Shown here: positions 1 through 11,616 of the stretch, one piece after another | Numbering within the stretch: the stretch's first letter is position 1 | Layout of the letters: the number at the start of each line of letters is the position of its first letter | Assembly: GCA_010356995.1 (NCBI GenBank) | Contig: ML996690.1 | Coordinates: forward strand, 1,024,217 to 1,088,216 | Direction of reading: 5' to 3' | Length of the DNA stretch: 64,000 bases | Source: Trichodelitschia bisporula | Lineage: Eukaryota | The notes under the pieces: model-generated | Seen by the model: the letters and a program-made list of their open reading frames with translations, nothing else | What the model was told of the DNA's origin: nothing | Databases searched by the model: none | Position numbers and translations under genes: made by a program

Positions 1-40
1 CCTCCTCACCCCGGCGCATTGCACACCTCTGACTTCGTAG

Positions 41-662
41 AATCTTCTACTGGATCGGCGCACGCTACGACTCCGCCCTCCTCATTCAAGCCCTTGTCAT
101 GATCGTCGTACAAGTCGTCCTCCTTTACGTTGCGCTTACGCACCGCCCGCCGCCCCTACATATACACGCACCGGCCGGAGGCGCGCCGTCCATGCTCTCA
201 GCTCGGCCCTATAATTTTTGGCGCTGGGACGATGCGCGCCCGTACTGGTTGTTTATCGGGTACTTTGCCGGCGCGCTAGTGGCGCTGCAGGTACTTCTGG
301 GTACGGCACCGGGATACTCTGCGCTGCTGGGGTATATCGCTCTGGCGATCGAGGCGACGTTGCCGCTGCCGCAAATTATGGCGAATCACCAGCGCAAGTG
401 TTGTCGTGGGTTTAGGGTGAGCGTGCTGGGGAATTGGTTGCTGGGTGATACGTTCAAGATGGTGTTTTTCTTTGCGAAGGGGTCGGCAGATATACCTTGG
501 GCGTTCAAGCTGTGCGGTGTGTTTCAGGCGTGCTGTGATTCGTATCTCGGCGTGCAGTACTGGATGTATGGGAGTGGTGAGATGCCGGTTGCTGCGGAGG
601 AGAGCAAAGGAGGGGTAGTTTGGAGGGAGGGAGGAAGGGAAGCTGAGTGGGTTGGGAGCTGA
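41..662 (+). CDS. PQ-loop repeat membrane protein (PQLC1/ANY1-like), last exon; 5' part lies outside the window
   Basis: Branch point and acceptor ctgac..tag end at 40. The frame reads IFYWIGARYDSALLIQALVM..., contains several TM segments and the PQ motif EATLPLPQI followed by GFRVSVLGNWLLGDTFK. Confidence 0.85.
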
Positions 663-1349
663 TTGTCCCGGTGTGGCATAATTTAGGAATCAACGGATTC
701 GATGGGAGGGGGGGCTTTGACATCATTTCTGCGGCATTCATATCGGCAATGGAGTATTCATGGAGGCCATTGCATCCAAATAATGACACGGGCATGGAGT
801 AGGTTGACAGGCCGCGGGCGGACTGGATCGATAGCATCGCATACTTAATGAAGACATACGTCTCTACTGATATTGTTTGAGGTGCTGCTCAAAACAGCAG
901 AGAGCATCCATTGCCATGCATCTAATAACGTTCCCAACCAAGACATGCTCAAGCCTGCAGCTACGGCTGTGTTTGCGGTGGTATGTCACCCTGATATGAA
1001 ACTCATCGAATCATGGAAAACGACGTAATGAGCGATTAACGACGGGTTGTCCCTCTAGGAAGGAGGCCAGCAAGACGCCAGCCAACTATGATCGAATCCC
1101 CTGTCAAGCCATGGAAGATGGTACAGAGCACGATGATAGAGTTCCTAGGGAGAGGAAGGAGGTGAGGCTGCGGAAAATACTCTTTATACCAAGCCGTTGC
1201 CAAGTGAATCTTCGGGCCGAAAGTGTATCCGGCCCCGCGGATGCCTGGAAGCCTTAGGGATATAAAACTGATCAACAAACACGAAAGCAAAGAGCCGGGA
1301 AGTGCAAAGTAGATGTCAAGCATTTAAACGCTCCGGTATCACCTCCAAA

Positions 1350-3113
1350 ATGAGGCCCAAGACAGATCTCCCTCTATCAAAGGAATTCACTGACGATGAA
1401 TCATATGTCGAGTCTCTACTCGAATTCAGCACCTCCTCGACCCTCCTCCAAACACTATGCGGCGGAGTTCACATCCTAGACTTCTTTACCCGCACGCCGG
1501 ACCTGTACTCTTGTATCCTCCCGGAAGAATGGCGCAACTGGTTCCGCCTCTTCGAAATCGAAGACATCCTCGACCTCCTCCTCCGTGAAGACCTCACGCA
1601 ATTCCTCAACCCCTCCCCGCCCCAAGAATGGCGCTCCGGCCCCGCACCCCCCCACAGCCTAATCGCCTACATCCACTCCGTCCGCCGGCACCTCCTGTCC
1701 CGCTCCTTCCACCCCCCCGCCTCCCCCCCAAAACTCGACCACCTAACCACAATCGGCATGACAGCAAAGAAAATCCACGAAGTCTCCCACGTCGCCCACT
1801 TCGTCTCCACCCTCACCTCCTCCCTCGCCGCCGCCCACCAACCCATTACACACCTCATCGATTTCGGCTCGGGCCACAACTACCTCGGCCGCGCCCTCGC
1901 CTCACCCCCCTACCATGAGAATATCATCGCCGTCGAAAGCAGACCGCACGTCGTTGCCGGCGCCCGCGAGATTGATATCATGGCCGGACTCGCTGAAAAA
2001 CCGGTCGTGCGCAGGAATAAGAAGGCATACCGCGCTGCCCGCGCTGCGGGCACGGTTCCGGATTGGGAGAAGGACAAGGCGCGGTTCGCGCCGCCCGCGG
2101 CTGCTTCGTCTGCGACTGAGGGACCGCAGCGCGCAAGACTCGAGACTCCGCCTGCTGGTCGTGGCAGCGTGCAGTACGTCGAGCACCGGATCCAGGACGG
2201 GAATCTGGCAGCCGTGATCGAGCAGATTGCGCCGGCGGCCGACGCCGCCACTACCCCTGCGCTCATGACGATCTCCCTGCACAGCTGCGGTAACCTCTCG
2301 CACCACGCCCTGCGCACGCTCAGCCTCAACCCCGCCGTCCGCGCGGTGGCGGTCATCGGATGCTGCTACAACCTCCTAACCGAGCGGCTAGGCCCATCCT
2401 TCAAAACCCCAGGCCTGCGGCATAACCACCCGCGCCTCTCCGCCACTAACTCAGCCTTCGACCCGCACGGCTTCCCGATGAGCGCGCGGTTCGCGACATA
2501 CATCCCACCGGGCGGGGGCGAGGAAGGGATAAGGCTGAACATCACGGCGCGCATGATGGCGGTGCAGGCGCCTAGGAACTGGACTAAGGATTCGAGCGAG
2601 GCTTTTTTCACACGGCATTTTTATAGGGCGCTGTTGCAGAGAGTGTTTTTGGAGAAGGGGATTGTGGAGGCGCCGAGGGGCGAGGGCGGCGGGGTGAGTC
2701 CCGCGGGGGGAGGGGATACCGGGGGTACGGCGCCGATTGTGATTGGGGGGTTGGGGAGGCGGTTTTATGTGTCTTTTGAGACGTATGCTAGGGGGGCGGT
2801 GGAGAAGATTGCGGGGCAGGGAGTGGGCGAGGGGTGTAGTGAGGAGGTTAAGGCGATGGTTGCGGAGAGGGTGGGGACGATGACGTCGGATGAGGTGGTG
2901 GGGTATGGGGAGCGGTTTAGGGAGCGGAGGAAGGAGCTTAGTGTTGTGTGGAGCTTGATGGCGGTTAGTGCTGGGGTGGCAGAGGCGTTGGTTGTTGTGG
3001 ATCGGTGGACATGGTTGAGGGAGCAAGAGGGGGTGAAGGAGGCGTGGGTACAGCCGGTGTTTGAATATGGGGAGAGTCCGAGGAACTTGGTGGTCGTGGG
3101 AATTAAGGGGTAG
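1350..3113 (+). CDS. SAM-dependent methyltransferase, Methyltransf_32 (METTL25/RRNAD1-like)
   Basis: Single-exon ORF from ATG 1350. Motifs KKIHEV, motif-I LIDFGSGHNYLG, SLHSCGNLS, IGCCYN and C-terminal SPRNLVVVG. Confidence 0.85.
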   Translation: MRPKTDLPLSKEFTDDESYVESLLEFSTSSTLLQTLCGGVHILDFFTRTPDLYSCILPEEWRNWFRLFEIEDILDLLLREDLTQFLNPSPPQEWRSGPAPPHSLIAYIHSVRRHLLSRSFHPPASPPKLDHLTTIGMTAKKIHEVSHVAHFVSTLTSSLAAAHQPITHLIDFGSGHNYLGRALASPPYHENIIAVESRPHVVAGAREIDIMAGLAEKPVVRRNKKAYRAARAAGTVPDWEKDKARFAPPAAASSATEGPQRARLETPPAGRGSVQYVEHRIQDGNLAAVIEQIAPAADAATTPALMTISLHSCGNLSHHALRTLSLNPAVRAVAVIGCCYNLLTERLGPSFKTPGLRHNHPRLSATNSAFDPHGFPMSARFATYIPPGGGEEGIRLNITARMMAVQAPRNWTKDSSEAFFTRHFYRALLQRVFLEKGIVEAPRGEGGGVSPAGGGDTGGTAPIVIGGLGRRFYVSFETYARGAVEKIAGQGVGEGCSEEVKAMVAERVGTMTSDEVVGYGERFRERRKELSVVWSLMAVSAGVAEALVVVDRWTWLREQEGVKEAWVQPVFEYGESPRNLVVVGIKG

Positions 3114-3661
3114 GTGGGTTAAGTCCTGTCGACGGAGTTAGACGATGACTGACATCTTCATCGAGATGATACCAACCTTGGGTTCCACCTTGGACAGGAA
3201 GCGACGCAAAACGAAACTATCCCGGTGTACATATGAAGGACGTTGTTCAAATGATTCGGCTTTTCACCTCATTAGAGGTCTGTCGCTCCCCGGACTGCCG
3301 GATCGCGAGTAGTACTCACACAATAGTACATAGAGATATATGCGGACAAGAAAATCTAGCTCGGCTCGGAAGCTCGTATCCTGTTCAGATCGCACTCGTA
3401 GCGACGCAAGGGAAGGGTATCATCAGTCAATCGAAAAGAGGAGCGAACCAAGGAAATCGCAAGGACGTTGCGCGCGCCTGTACATCAAGGACCACCAAAA
3501 GAGAACCCAAAAGAGTGAGTCGCCGCAAAACACGCAGCATCAAACCACCAACACCGAACCTCCGCCAGTCAGTAACCTTCGTCGCGAGACGTGCATCTGT
3601 AAACCGTCCCCCGAACCCCCAAACCCGCCGAAACACCTCACCAAACCCTCTCATAAACTCA

Positions 3662-3688
3662 AGAAACGAAAGAAACAGAAACAGAAAC
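3662..3688. repeat. Short imperfect (GAAACA)n microsatellite in the 3' UTR of the C2H2 gene
   Basis: agaaacgaaagaaacagaaacagaaacg read directly from the sequence. Confidence 0.5.
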
Positions 3689-3696
3689 GGCAAAGC

Positions 3697-6300
3697 TCAA
3701 CGCCCCACAGCAATCGGCTGCCGAAACACCAAATCAAAGTTCATCTCCGGCGACTCCCCCTCCGGCTGCCTCAGCGCCGCACTACTCTTATTCCGCACAT
3801 GCCTGAATATCTCCTTCGGCGTCTTCGGCCGCGGACCCGGGCTCATCGTCCTTCCCCTGCTGCTCCCAGGCTGCACCGGCGAACTCGGCCGGCTCAGCGA
3901 ATAAATGTCGACCGCCCCGCCAACGGAGCTGTGAAACTCTGACCCGCCAGACATAATGCTCGGCGAACGACTCAGCGGCGGACTCGCTAGCTTCTTGAGC
4001 TCCGACCGGCTGCTGCTTGCCGAGTGCATCGGCTTGCCCGCGCCTCGGTTTCCCGGCGTGCTCGCCGCCGCACTCGCGGCACGGCTACGGAACCGCGGCC
4101 GCGGGCTCATGCAGCTGTCCACTGGACTGAGCGGGCTGAGCGGTGTCGTCGCGCCGCTGGGCGGCGAAACGCGGCCCGTGCCCACTGGGGACAGGAGGAG
4201 CTCGCGAGACGCGCGCTTCGAGGCCGGGACCTGAAGCAGGCCCGAGAGGCGCTTGCGGCGCGAGTCTGCCACTTCTTGTAGCTGGAGTTCGTCTTCCTCG
4301 GTCGGCGGGCTGGGGGGCAGATTCTTCGCCGCCGCGCCCATGAGCTTAGCAGCTGCGATGGCAGACGGGTGCCCGAGCTGGTAGGCGTAGCGGACGACTT
4401 CCGTCGGCCCGCGCGGGAAGTCGCGGTACTCGAGGCTGCGGCGCAGCTCGTAGGTGTTGCCCTCGAGCCACTCGAGCGGCGGCCAGGCTCGCTTCGCGTC
4501 GCCGTGGCAGCGGATCATGAAGCGCTTGAAGGCGTCACGGGTGTCGGACTGGCGGAGCAGGTTGCGGATGTAATTCGTGTAGCGCCACTGGGGTGTGGTG
4601 CCCGGGTGGTCCGCAGCCCACTCATAGTGTCCCGCGACGTGTTTGCACCGGCGCTTCCAATTGTCGAACACCTTCTTGCAGGCGTCGAAACCACAGGCCC
4701 AGATCTTCTTCGCGGGTAGCTCGCGCTTCACCTCGGGCGCGCACGTGCAGTTCAAGCACGCATGCGCCTCCTCGTGGTGCCGCTGGAAGCTGGTTCCCTT
4801 GTCGAAGGCGGCTTCGCATGCGATGTACGGGCACGGCCAGTGGAACTGGCGCTCGTGGGTGAAGGACTCGTGGGCCTCCCAGCCGGCGCGCGTCTTGAAG
4901 GCCACGCCACAGGTGGTGCAGAAGTAGGTCACGCCGGCGAGGATCTGGCGCTGGGGGAGCCGGGCCGACGCTCGGCGCACGAGCGAGAGGGAGGTCCGTT
5001 TGCCGAGCCCCGAGCTCGAAATGTTGGTGAAAGTCCCGGTGGTGGGTGAGCTGGGCTCCTCGGGTGCGGTGGTTTCGACTGTGCCGCGGCGGGTGCCGAT
5101 TGGGACTGGAGCGGGGCGCGGGTTTTCGTAAGGCTTGAATCTTGGGACTTCGGGCTTGGTGGATATTGATATCTTGCGCATTGTGCTTCGTCGGGATGTT
5201 GTCGTAGGCATCACAGGCGACAGGGAATACTCAGGAGCTTGCTTAGGGGATGGGGGCAAGTCCTTGATGAATGGCTCCTCGGGTACTTCTGACAGATGTC
5301 TGGTTATGACCCTAGACGCGTCTGGGAATGGCACCATCTCCGTGGGCGCCTCGGGGAATCGTTCAAGATCTTTGGGGGGCTCTGGAAGTGGGGGTGGAAC
5401 TATGGGAAGTCGCTTCGGCGTCGGTTGAAGTATCTCGGGCTGCGGCGGCGCCTGCTCAGGGGTATCGGGCTGCACTGGCGTCTCCTCGGCGGCTTCCGGC
5501 TGTGACCCCTCCTCTGGAGATTCGGGTTCCTTCGACGCATCCTTCGGCGTTTCAGGCAGCTTCGGCGATTCCTTTGGATCCTCCGGTTGCTTCGAGACCT
5601 CCACTGGATCTTCCGTCTGCACGGCCGCCTCGACCTGTTGTGTTACCGGCTGCCGGGATATCTCGATCGATCCTTCCGACCGTTTTGGCACCCCTCTTAG
5701 AACTAGAGTGCTCCGCCTCTCCCTAGGAATTGCCGGCAACTCCTTATTGCTATACTCGTCCCGCGAGCGCTCCATCTCCTCTCTCCTCGCCACACCCTTC
5801 GCCTCCTCCGCCCTCCTTATGCGCATCGCCGACTGCGCCTCAATCTGGCGCCAATGCGCCGGAATAACCTTCGGGATCTCAATCTCACGATGGCGGGGCG
5901 TCTCACGCAAAGACATGGTGGCCGCGCGCTTCAACGGGCGGCGCATGAGCTCCTCGGCCGTGGCGTAGTGCTCCGCGAGCGAGGGGATAGGGGACGTAGA
6001 ACCTGTGATCTCGGAGGCGGCGTCACGGTTACGGTGGCTCGAGCCGGCGGATTCGCGGCTGTCGATGCTCGAGGTGGGTGAGAGGGGCCGTTGCCCGCCG
6101 AACCAGTACAGCGCGGGGACGGGGCCGGCGGGGCGAGGCTGGTGGTCGTGAACGGGGGATTCGTCTTGGAAGAGCCGCGCGAGGAATTGCGGCGGGTACT
6201 TCTTCTTGAGCCGCGCGACAGCGTCACGGTCCTCTTCTGACATGGGTTCGAGGAGCTGGAAGGTGCTGGGGAACAGCTTCATAATGCCGCTTTTGGACAT
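3697..6300 (-). CDS. Fungal C2H2 zinc-finger protein with long Pro/Glu/Ser-rich disordered regions
   Basis: About 867-aa ORF with YFCTTC..H..H, WPCPYIAC..HHEEAH and WACGFDAC..HVAGH fingers. An upstream ctaac/ag suggests a further 5' exon, so the start is uncertain. Confidence 0.8.
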   Translation of the reverse strand: MSKSGIMKLFPSTFQLLEPMSEEDRDAVARLKKKYPPQFLARLFQDESPVHDHQPRPAGPVPALYWFGGQRPLSPTSSIDSRESAGSSHRNRDAASEITGSTSPIPSLAEHYATAEELMRRPLKRAATMSLRETPRHREIEIPKVIPAHWRQIEAQSAMRIRRAEEAKGVARREEMERSRDEYSNKELPAIPRERRSTLVLRGVPKRSEGSIEISRQPVTQQVEAAVQTEDPVEVSKQPEDPKESPKLPETPKDASKEPESPEEGSQPEAAEETPVQPDTPEQAPPQPEILQPTPKRLPIVPPPLPEPPKDLERFPEAPTEMVPFPDASRVITRHLSEVPEEPFIKDLPPSPKQAPEYSLSPVMPTTTSRRSTMRKISISTKPEVPRFKPYENPRPAPVPIGTRRGTVETTAPEEPSSPTTGTFTNISSSGLGKRTSLSLVRRASARLPQRQILAGVTYFCTTCGVAFKTRAGWEAHESFTHERQFHWPCPYIACEAAFDKGTSFQRHHEEAHACLNCTCAPEVKRELPAKKIWACGFDACKKVFDNWKRRCKHVAGHYEWAADHPGTTPQWRYTNYIRNLLRQSDTRDAFKRFMIRCHGDAKRAWPPLEWLEGNTYELRRSLEYRDFPRGPTEVVRYAYQLGHPSAIAAAKLMGAAAKNLPPSPPTEEDELQLQEVADSRRKRLSGLLQVPASKRASRELLLSPVGTGRVSPPSGATTPLSPLSPVDSCMSPRPRFRSRAASAAASTPGNRGAGKPMHSASSSRSELKKLASPPLSRSPSIMSGGSEFHSSVGGAVDIYSLSRPSSPVQPGSSRGRTMSPGPRPKTPKEIFRHVRNKSSAALRQPEGESPEMNFDLVFRQPIAVGR

Positions 6301-9300
6301 CGCGGCCACGAGTGGTGGCTGCTCTTAACCGATGGTTAGAGACGGTGGGGGGGTGTGATATCAGTACATAGGGATCGGAGGATGCAAATTACAGGTCCTC
6401 GGGTGGAGTTTAGGGTGTAGGTAAGGAAGGAAAAGGAAAGGAGAGGCAAGAAAGGCGTTTGGAGAAGAGGGAGGGCAATGGTGAGGACAAAAAGACTCGG
6501 TCATCACTGTTCCTCTCTCTTTTTTGGTGCCTTGCCCTCCCCCAGTAACCCCCAAGGCTCGTACATGCACACACTGCAGCCACAGCGGCCATTGGCTCCA
6601 TCTCCCCTGTTGCCCTGTGCGTGGCGCATCCTAAAGAGGAGCGGAAAGGCTCGAGGGACAAGGAGCGGCCCGTGCATTGCGGCCCTGCCAAATGAGCTCA
6701 AGGCCGGGGCTCTAGAAGACGAGAAAGGAACAGCGTGGGAGAGAAAAAGTTGACAGTGAAGACAAGAGAAGAAGACAAGTAACCGAGCCGGTGATGATCG
6801 GCGCGATTGGCGCTTTGCCAGGTTTCGGAAACCGGTCTCCTTAGCACCGTTTTGTCGGTTTCTCCCCATATTTCCGCATATCACCATCCAATGCCCTCGC
6901 AGCTTTTTGCTTTGACACACTCTTCCAGCCTCGCCGACTTTCGCAAAGAAGCGAAGCTGCGAATGACCACGACTTCTCCGCCCAATGCCATTGAAGCCTT
7001 GGGCCAAGAACGTGGGATGGCACATCATGCGGGGAGGGCTCGATTGACCATCCACAGCTCTCAGCCTCCCCACTCCACACGCCCCTAATTTTGCATACCC
7101 CCAGGAACTGTGGACGATAGGGCGGCCGTTTACAAGTTCGTCCTGCCCCCGCAAAATCAGCTCACGTCTGTCGTGCTCGAGCTCGGTCTCGGTCCACACT
7201 GGTAGCTGCTCCGAGAAGTCAAGGGCGGTTCGTCAGTCCGCGTTGTGGTCGGGTCATCACCGCGTCGCGAGCACCATCTTACTGTAGCGCACAGTCCAAG
7301 ACGTGCTGCTGTGCGATGACGGGATGATCGTGGTTGGCTTCAAGCCATCGGCCAGCCTCAAGGCGGCGGTGGCGCCGCTCCCCGGCCCTATTCCGCAAAT
7401 TCAACTCCTCAAAGACAAAGAGGATGAAGCTTTGAAACCCCTGCCTCGAAAGCCGATGGGGGTTCGTGATCCGTGGAGCCATTGTGTTTCTCTGCTCGCA
7501 AAGCGGACTGAGTCTTACGATCCTGATCGATTCTGCTTTGCTTTTGCGGGAGAAAAGAAAACCGGCCTTGCCGATCGGCGGAAGCGGTTCGTATATATGT
7601 TAGCTGTATTGCCCGCCTTGCTGGCTGCGTTGACGATCCCTTCGTCTTTTGCGTCTCGGGCGGTTTTTGCTGGCGTGACTCCACCGACGGCCCCCTGAGT
7701 AGGACCCAGAAACGGCCTAGATGTTAGAATAACGTCTCCAAGATTCCCAGTCGTGCCGAGTTACACTCCAGCTATCGGCCCCTCTCTCATAGCACGCGCT
7801 AAGCGTTGAGGTCGATGCGCAGTTTATGCTGTGTGACCCTGACTACGCCGCGCGGTACCGTGCAACCTGATCGCTTTCCGGTCCAACGATTCTCCAAGCA
7901 TCAAGGATGGCCCTCTCAAGAAGACTTTCCCATGACACGGTGACAGCTGTTGCCCAAGAAACACGGATTTGCTGTGCCGTTGGCGGCGTTGACGTTCAGC
8001 ACTGGCATTCGCTATAAGCGTAATTTGCCAGCTCCACCCATCCTGACGAGAGTGGAGGGTGAAAAAGGTTGATTCCCCCTTCCAAATTGGCTGTGCCTCT
8101 TTTCCGTCAAGATGCTTGATACTCCGCATGCCCCGCATCCAGCCCTGGAAACCCCTCCTGCAAAGCGCAAAGCTGGTCAAAAAACTTACCAGTTCCCGTC
8201 CTCACATCCATTGGCCATATGCACAAAGCGGGCAGAACCCACCATCTGTACCTGCAGGGCGCGGCACAAGGAGCGCAGGGGAAAAGACGCGGAAAAAGCG
8301 GCATCCCGGTCCGTTTGCTGCAGCTCCCCCTCGCCGACCCAGAGACGCGGGTCGGGTAGATTTTTGGCAAAGGCAAGGGAGAAATCTCTACATCCGTACA
8401 GTAATGCCGCTGTCTTCTCATTCGTCGGTCAAGAAATCTTTTACCGGTACCCGGTTCCCTTTTTTCCTCTCCCTTGCCTTGCTGCTGCGAGCCTTGGTGA
8501 GCGTGCGCTCCACATGCGAGGCAGTCTACGGAGGATTGAGCTGGATGCTCACCCTGCTTGGTACATGGCGCTTGTAACTTCCTACTCCACTTTCCCCCTT
8601 TCTTGTCCTGGAGCTCGCATGAGCGGAGGTTGCTCCTTCGATCCCGGAAGCAAGGTTTTGCCGGGCTCGACCTAGTCACTACCAATCCATTAGATCGAGG
8701 CGGCGCCTTAGTAGCGCAGGCTACAGTATGATACTTGCAAGCATCCCGCGATATCAGACGGCCCGAAAGGCAGACACCGGCCTCGACATCCCTCTGCCTC
8801 TTTCATCGTCTGCTGCCGGATCGGCCTTCCGGCCTTCATTTTTGGATGCGAAGACGGATCTCAGTCGTCGAACGAAGATAAACTCTAGCCCAACCGGCTC
8901 CGAGGAAGCGGCAACCGGGAATGTGGGGTTTATCCCTGGAGGCGCAAGGTTTCAACTAATGTACGATGCGCTGGTTCCATTCCAAAACCAGAGTTGGCCG
9001 CATAGTTGGCCGCAGTTCCAAGGTTCGCCCTGCCTGGCAGCGTAGGTTCTAGGCAGTCCCGACTCCTTTGGGATGCGGAAAGCTAATAGTCGATGGCACG
9101 GAATACTAAGCGTTGGAGGGGCTTCCGGGTCGTTCTTCCCGGGTTTACGCCGGCCCTGCCGTCCCTTCCCATCTGGCTGGGAGCGAGTCGCGCAAGCTGA
9201 GTTGGTGAGATCGGTAGCTTCTGGGATGTCGATGGTCGATTTGAAGGGTACGGGTGGAGAATGCGAGGCTACGTAGCAAGGGCGGCCGCATCTAGTAGGC

Positions 9301-9595
9301 ATGAGACGCGATGACCATAGCGGTGTTAAGGTAGGGGAGAATCCATACCCCTTACGATTAATCCTAACGAGGATCGGGTAGACGTTCAAAGGACACCGCA
9401 ACGAACAGACAATAATGAGAGAGTTGCTCAGACACGTGGAGTCGCAACGCGTGCGGAGCGAAAGCCTGAATTAAAGATGAAGAAGAGAAGAGAGAGAAGA
9501 GAGGCAGAGCCTCTCAGGTCCAGATAAAATTGTTGTCCGGTCCTCCAAGGTTCCTTCCATTACGCCCCCCAGCTACTTCCCAGGTTAATGACACT

Positions 9596-9645
9596 CCTTC
9601 CAAAGAGTACGGCTGCCCCTTCCAAAGGTACGGATGTCCCTTCCC
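9596..9645. repeat. Imperfect tandem repeat of about 21-22 bp (2.3 copies), intergenic
   Basis: ccttccaaagagtacggctgcc / ccttccaaaggtacggatgtc / ccttccc. Confidence 0.55.
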
Positions 9646-10538
9646 TTTGACTACATCTGACGACAGCTAAAGAGGCCTACCGGACGGGTCACGGGCGCAC
9701 CTAGAACTAGTCTTGCTGACAGCACCCAGATCCAAATGCATTTCGGCATGCCGTCGGACAGGTAGCAGATAACCGAACCGGGCTCGTTCGGATTTGAATT
9801 GAGAACACGGTCTCTGACAGAACCAGCCGGGTAGAAACATCCGCCCGTATACTCCTCCCGCCATTTCCCCTCATAAGTCGGCCACTATGACAACATGACA
9901 TTCTTCAGCTGTTGCGCAAAGCTCTTCAAGTTTCCACCTCGTTTGTTCCGAAGCCACCCAGTGCGGGTATTCAAGGAGCATTCCCGCGCCCGTCTGGTGA
10001 ACGTGCCGAATAAAGCGAGTGCATGGAGTTCCGACTGCCCTTCAACCTTGACACCTGTACCATGCGTAAGATGCGGGGGGTGAGGTAATGGCGGGGCGGA
10101 GCGGAGCGCTTTGATGATATCGGAGGCGTCTTTCGTGAACGATTCGGCCGTGCTCAAGAATAAATATTGCTGGCGGGAAGCGAAGCCAACTTTCGAGTGC
10201 GAACCAAGGGAAGGAGCCAGGCCATCGTTTCGGTACAAGGGCTTGTGAACCCAACATCAGTAGCGCTACACCCGCTACTTGATACTCGAAACGGTTTCCT
10301 CAGCAAAGTGTGCGGGAGAGCGGTCGATAAGAATGATGCACGAATGACATCATACGTTAGGTGATCAACATGAACCGGTTAATTCCAGTATCAAGGGCCC
10401 TAAATCTGCTCTTGATCACACACGCTGGGCTGGGCATATGTACACACCTCTAGAGTTTCCATCCCAACCATGCTTCTCCCAACGCCATCTCCCAAAACCC
10501 AGACCTGGAGCAGAGATCCTCGAACGCCAGTCTTCCCT

Positions 10539-11221
10539 TTAAACAACCGGTAACCGCCGCTCATCCTCCTCACCACGCATATAATAGTCGATAGCCGTGC
10601 TGAACGCCGCCATACCGGCGCACCCCAGTGCCGCCGCCTGCGGGCCCGCCTTGTACGAGATGATGCCCCCAGTCATGCAACCGGCGCTGACACTATTCCA
10701 CAGGTCGTTCTTGGCCCGGAAGCCCTCAATCGCGCACTCAGTCCCGGAATACACGGCACCCAGTGTGCCAAAGTTCTTCGCCGACGACAGCGCCTGCTTG
10801 CCCATGTCGCGCAGGCCGATTTTGAGTTGTTGCCGGATGGGTAGCGAGGTAAGATCTGAGGTAGGAGAGCCTGGTAGCCCAGCGCCGAGCGTGGTGGGTG
10901 CATCGTAGCGCATCTGTCACGGTTAGCTGTTGCTCTGGCCCGGAGCCGCAGAGGGAGACGTACGGAGCTCATAAACAACCCGAAAGCGCCACCGAGAGCA
11001 AAACCCATTACACCAGCCATAACAGTCTTTCCTGGACACGATTCCATGACCGAGGTCATCTGTGGGCGTAAGCATTCGTTTCATAGCTCAACATTCTGGT
11101 CCTCAACGGCTCGGAGGCGCACCATCTTGATCATCTGCTGTTCCTGGATCTGTTGCTCCGACATGCCGGGAAGTATGCCGCCGCGCGCCGTCAGCGGCCT
11201 TATCCCCGTCGGCAAGTCCAT
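10539..11221 (-). CDS. TIM22: Mitochondrial inner membrane translocase subunit Tim22
   Basis: Exons 11221-11123, 11059-10964, 10913-10539. Motifs MESCPGKTVMAGVMGFALGGAFGLFMSSM, ECAIEGFRAKND and GCAGMAAFSTAIDYYMR. Confidence 0.95.
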
Positions 11222-11616
11222 TGTGTGAGGTTGGAGAAAGGTGGGGTTGTCGTATATCGCGGAGGTGAAGGTATGACGCCGGCAGAAAAGTTTCGCGTGG
11301 GTTGAGATCCCTGCAGCGGGAGAGGCCTGGAAGCTTGGCGTCCAGGGCCGAGGCCGAATCCGAGAGATGGAAGAATGAATGGGACACGGGGAATGTCACC
11401 AAAATGTACGGATGTAGTATCACAGCTTCAGAAAGTATCTACATGTCCAATGTAACATCGTATGTACAAGAAAGACTAATAATACACAAGTCGAAGAGAT
11501 CTCCGATACATGCCATGCTACATCCCCCAGACGCCCAACAAAGCAAGAAACCACCAACAAGCCCAACTTCGCAACGCTTCATACGTGACCTCATAACGCG
11601 TAGTTCCCATGGCTCG

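Noticed and set aside
3233..3942. Plus-strand ORFs of 223 and 200 aa
   Set aside because: They are antisense to the 3' end and UTR of the C2H2 gene, with low-complexity shadow composition and no domain.
7303..8685. Several overlapping 100-190 aa ORFs in the 6.3-10.5 kb gap
   Set aside because: No recognisable motifs, mostly non-ATG starts and mutually overlapping on both strands, as expected by chance in GC-rich DNA.
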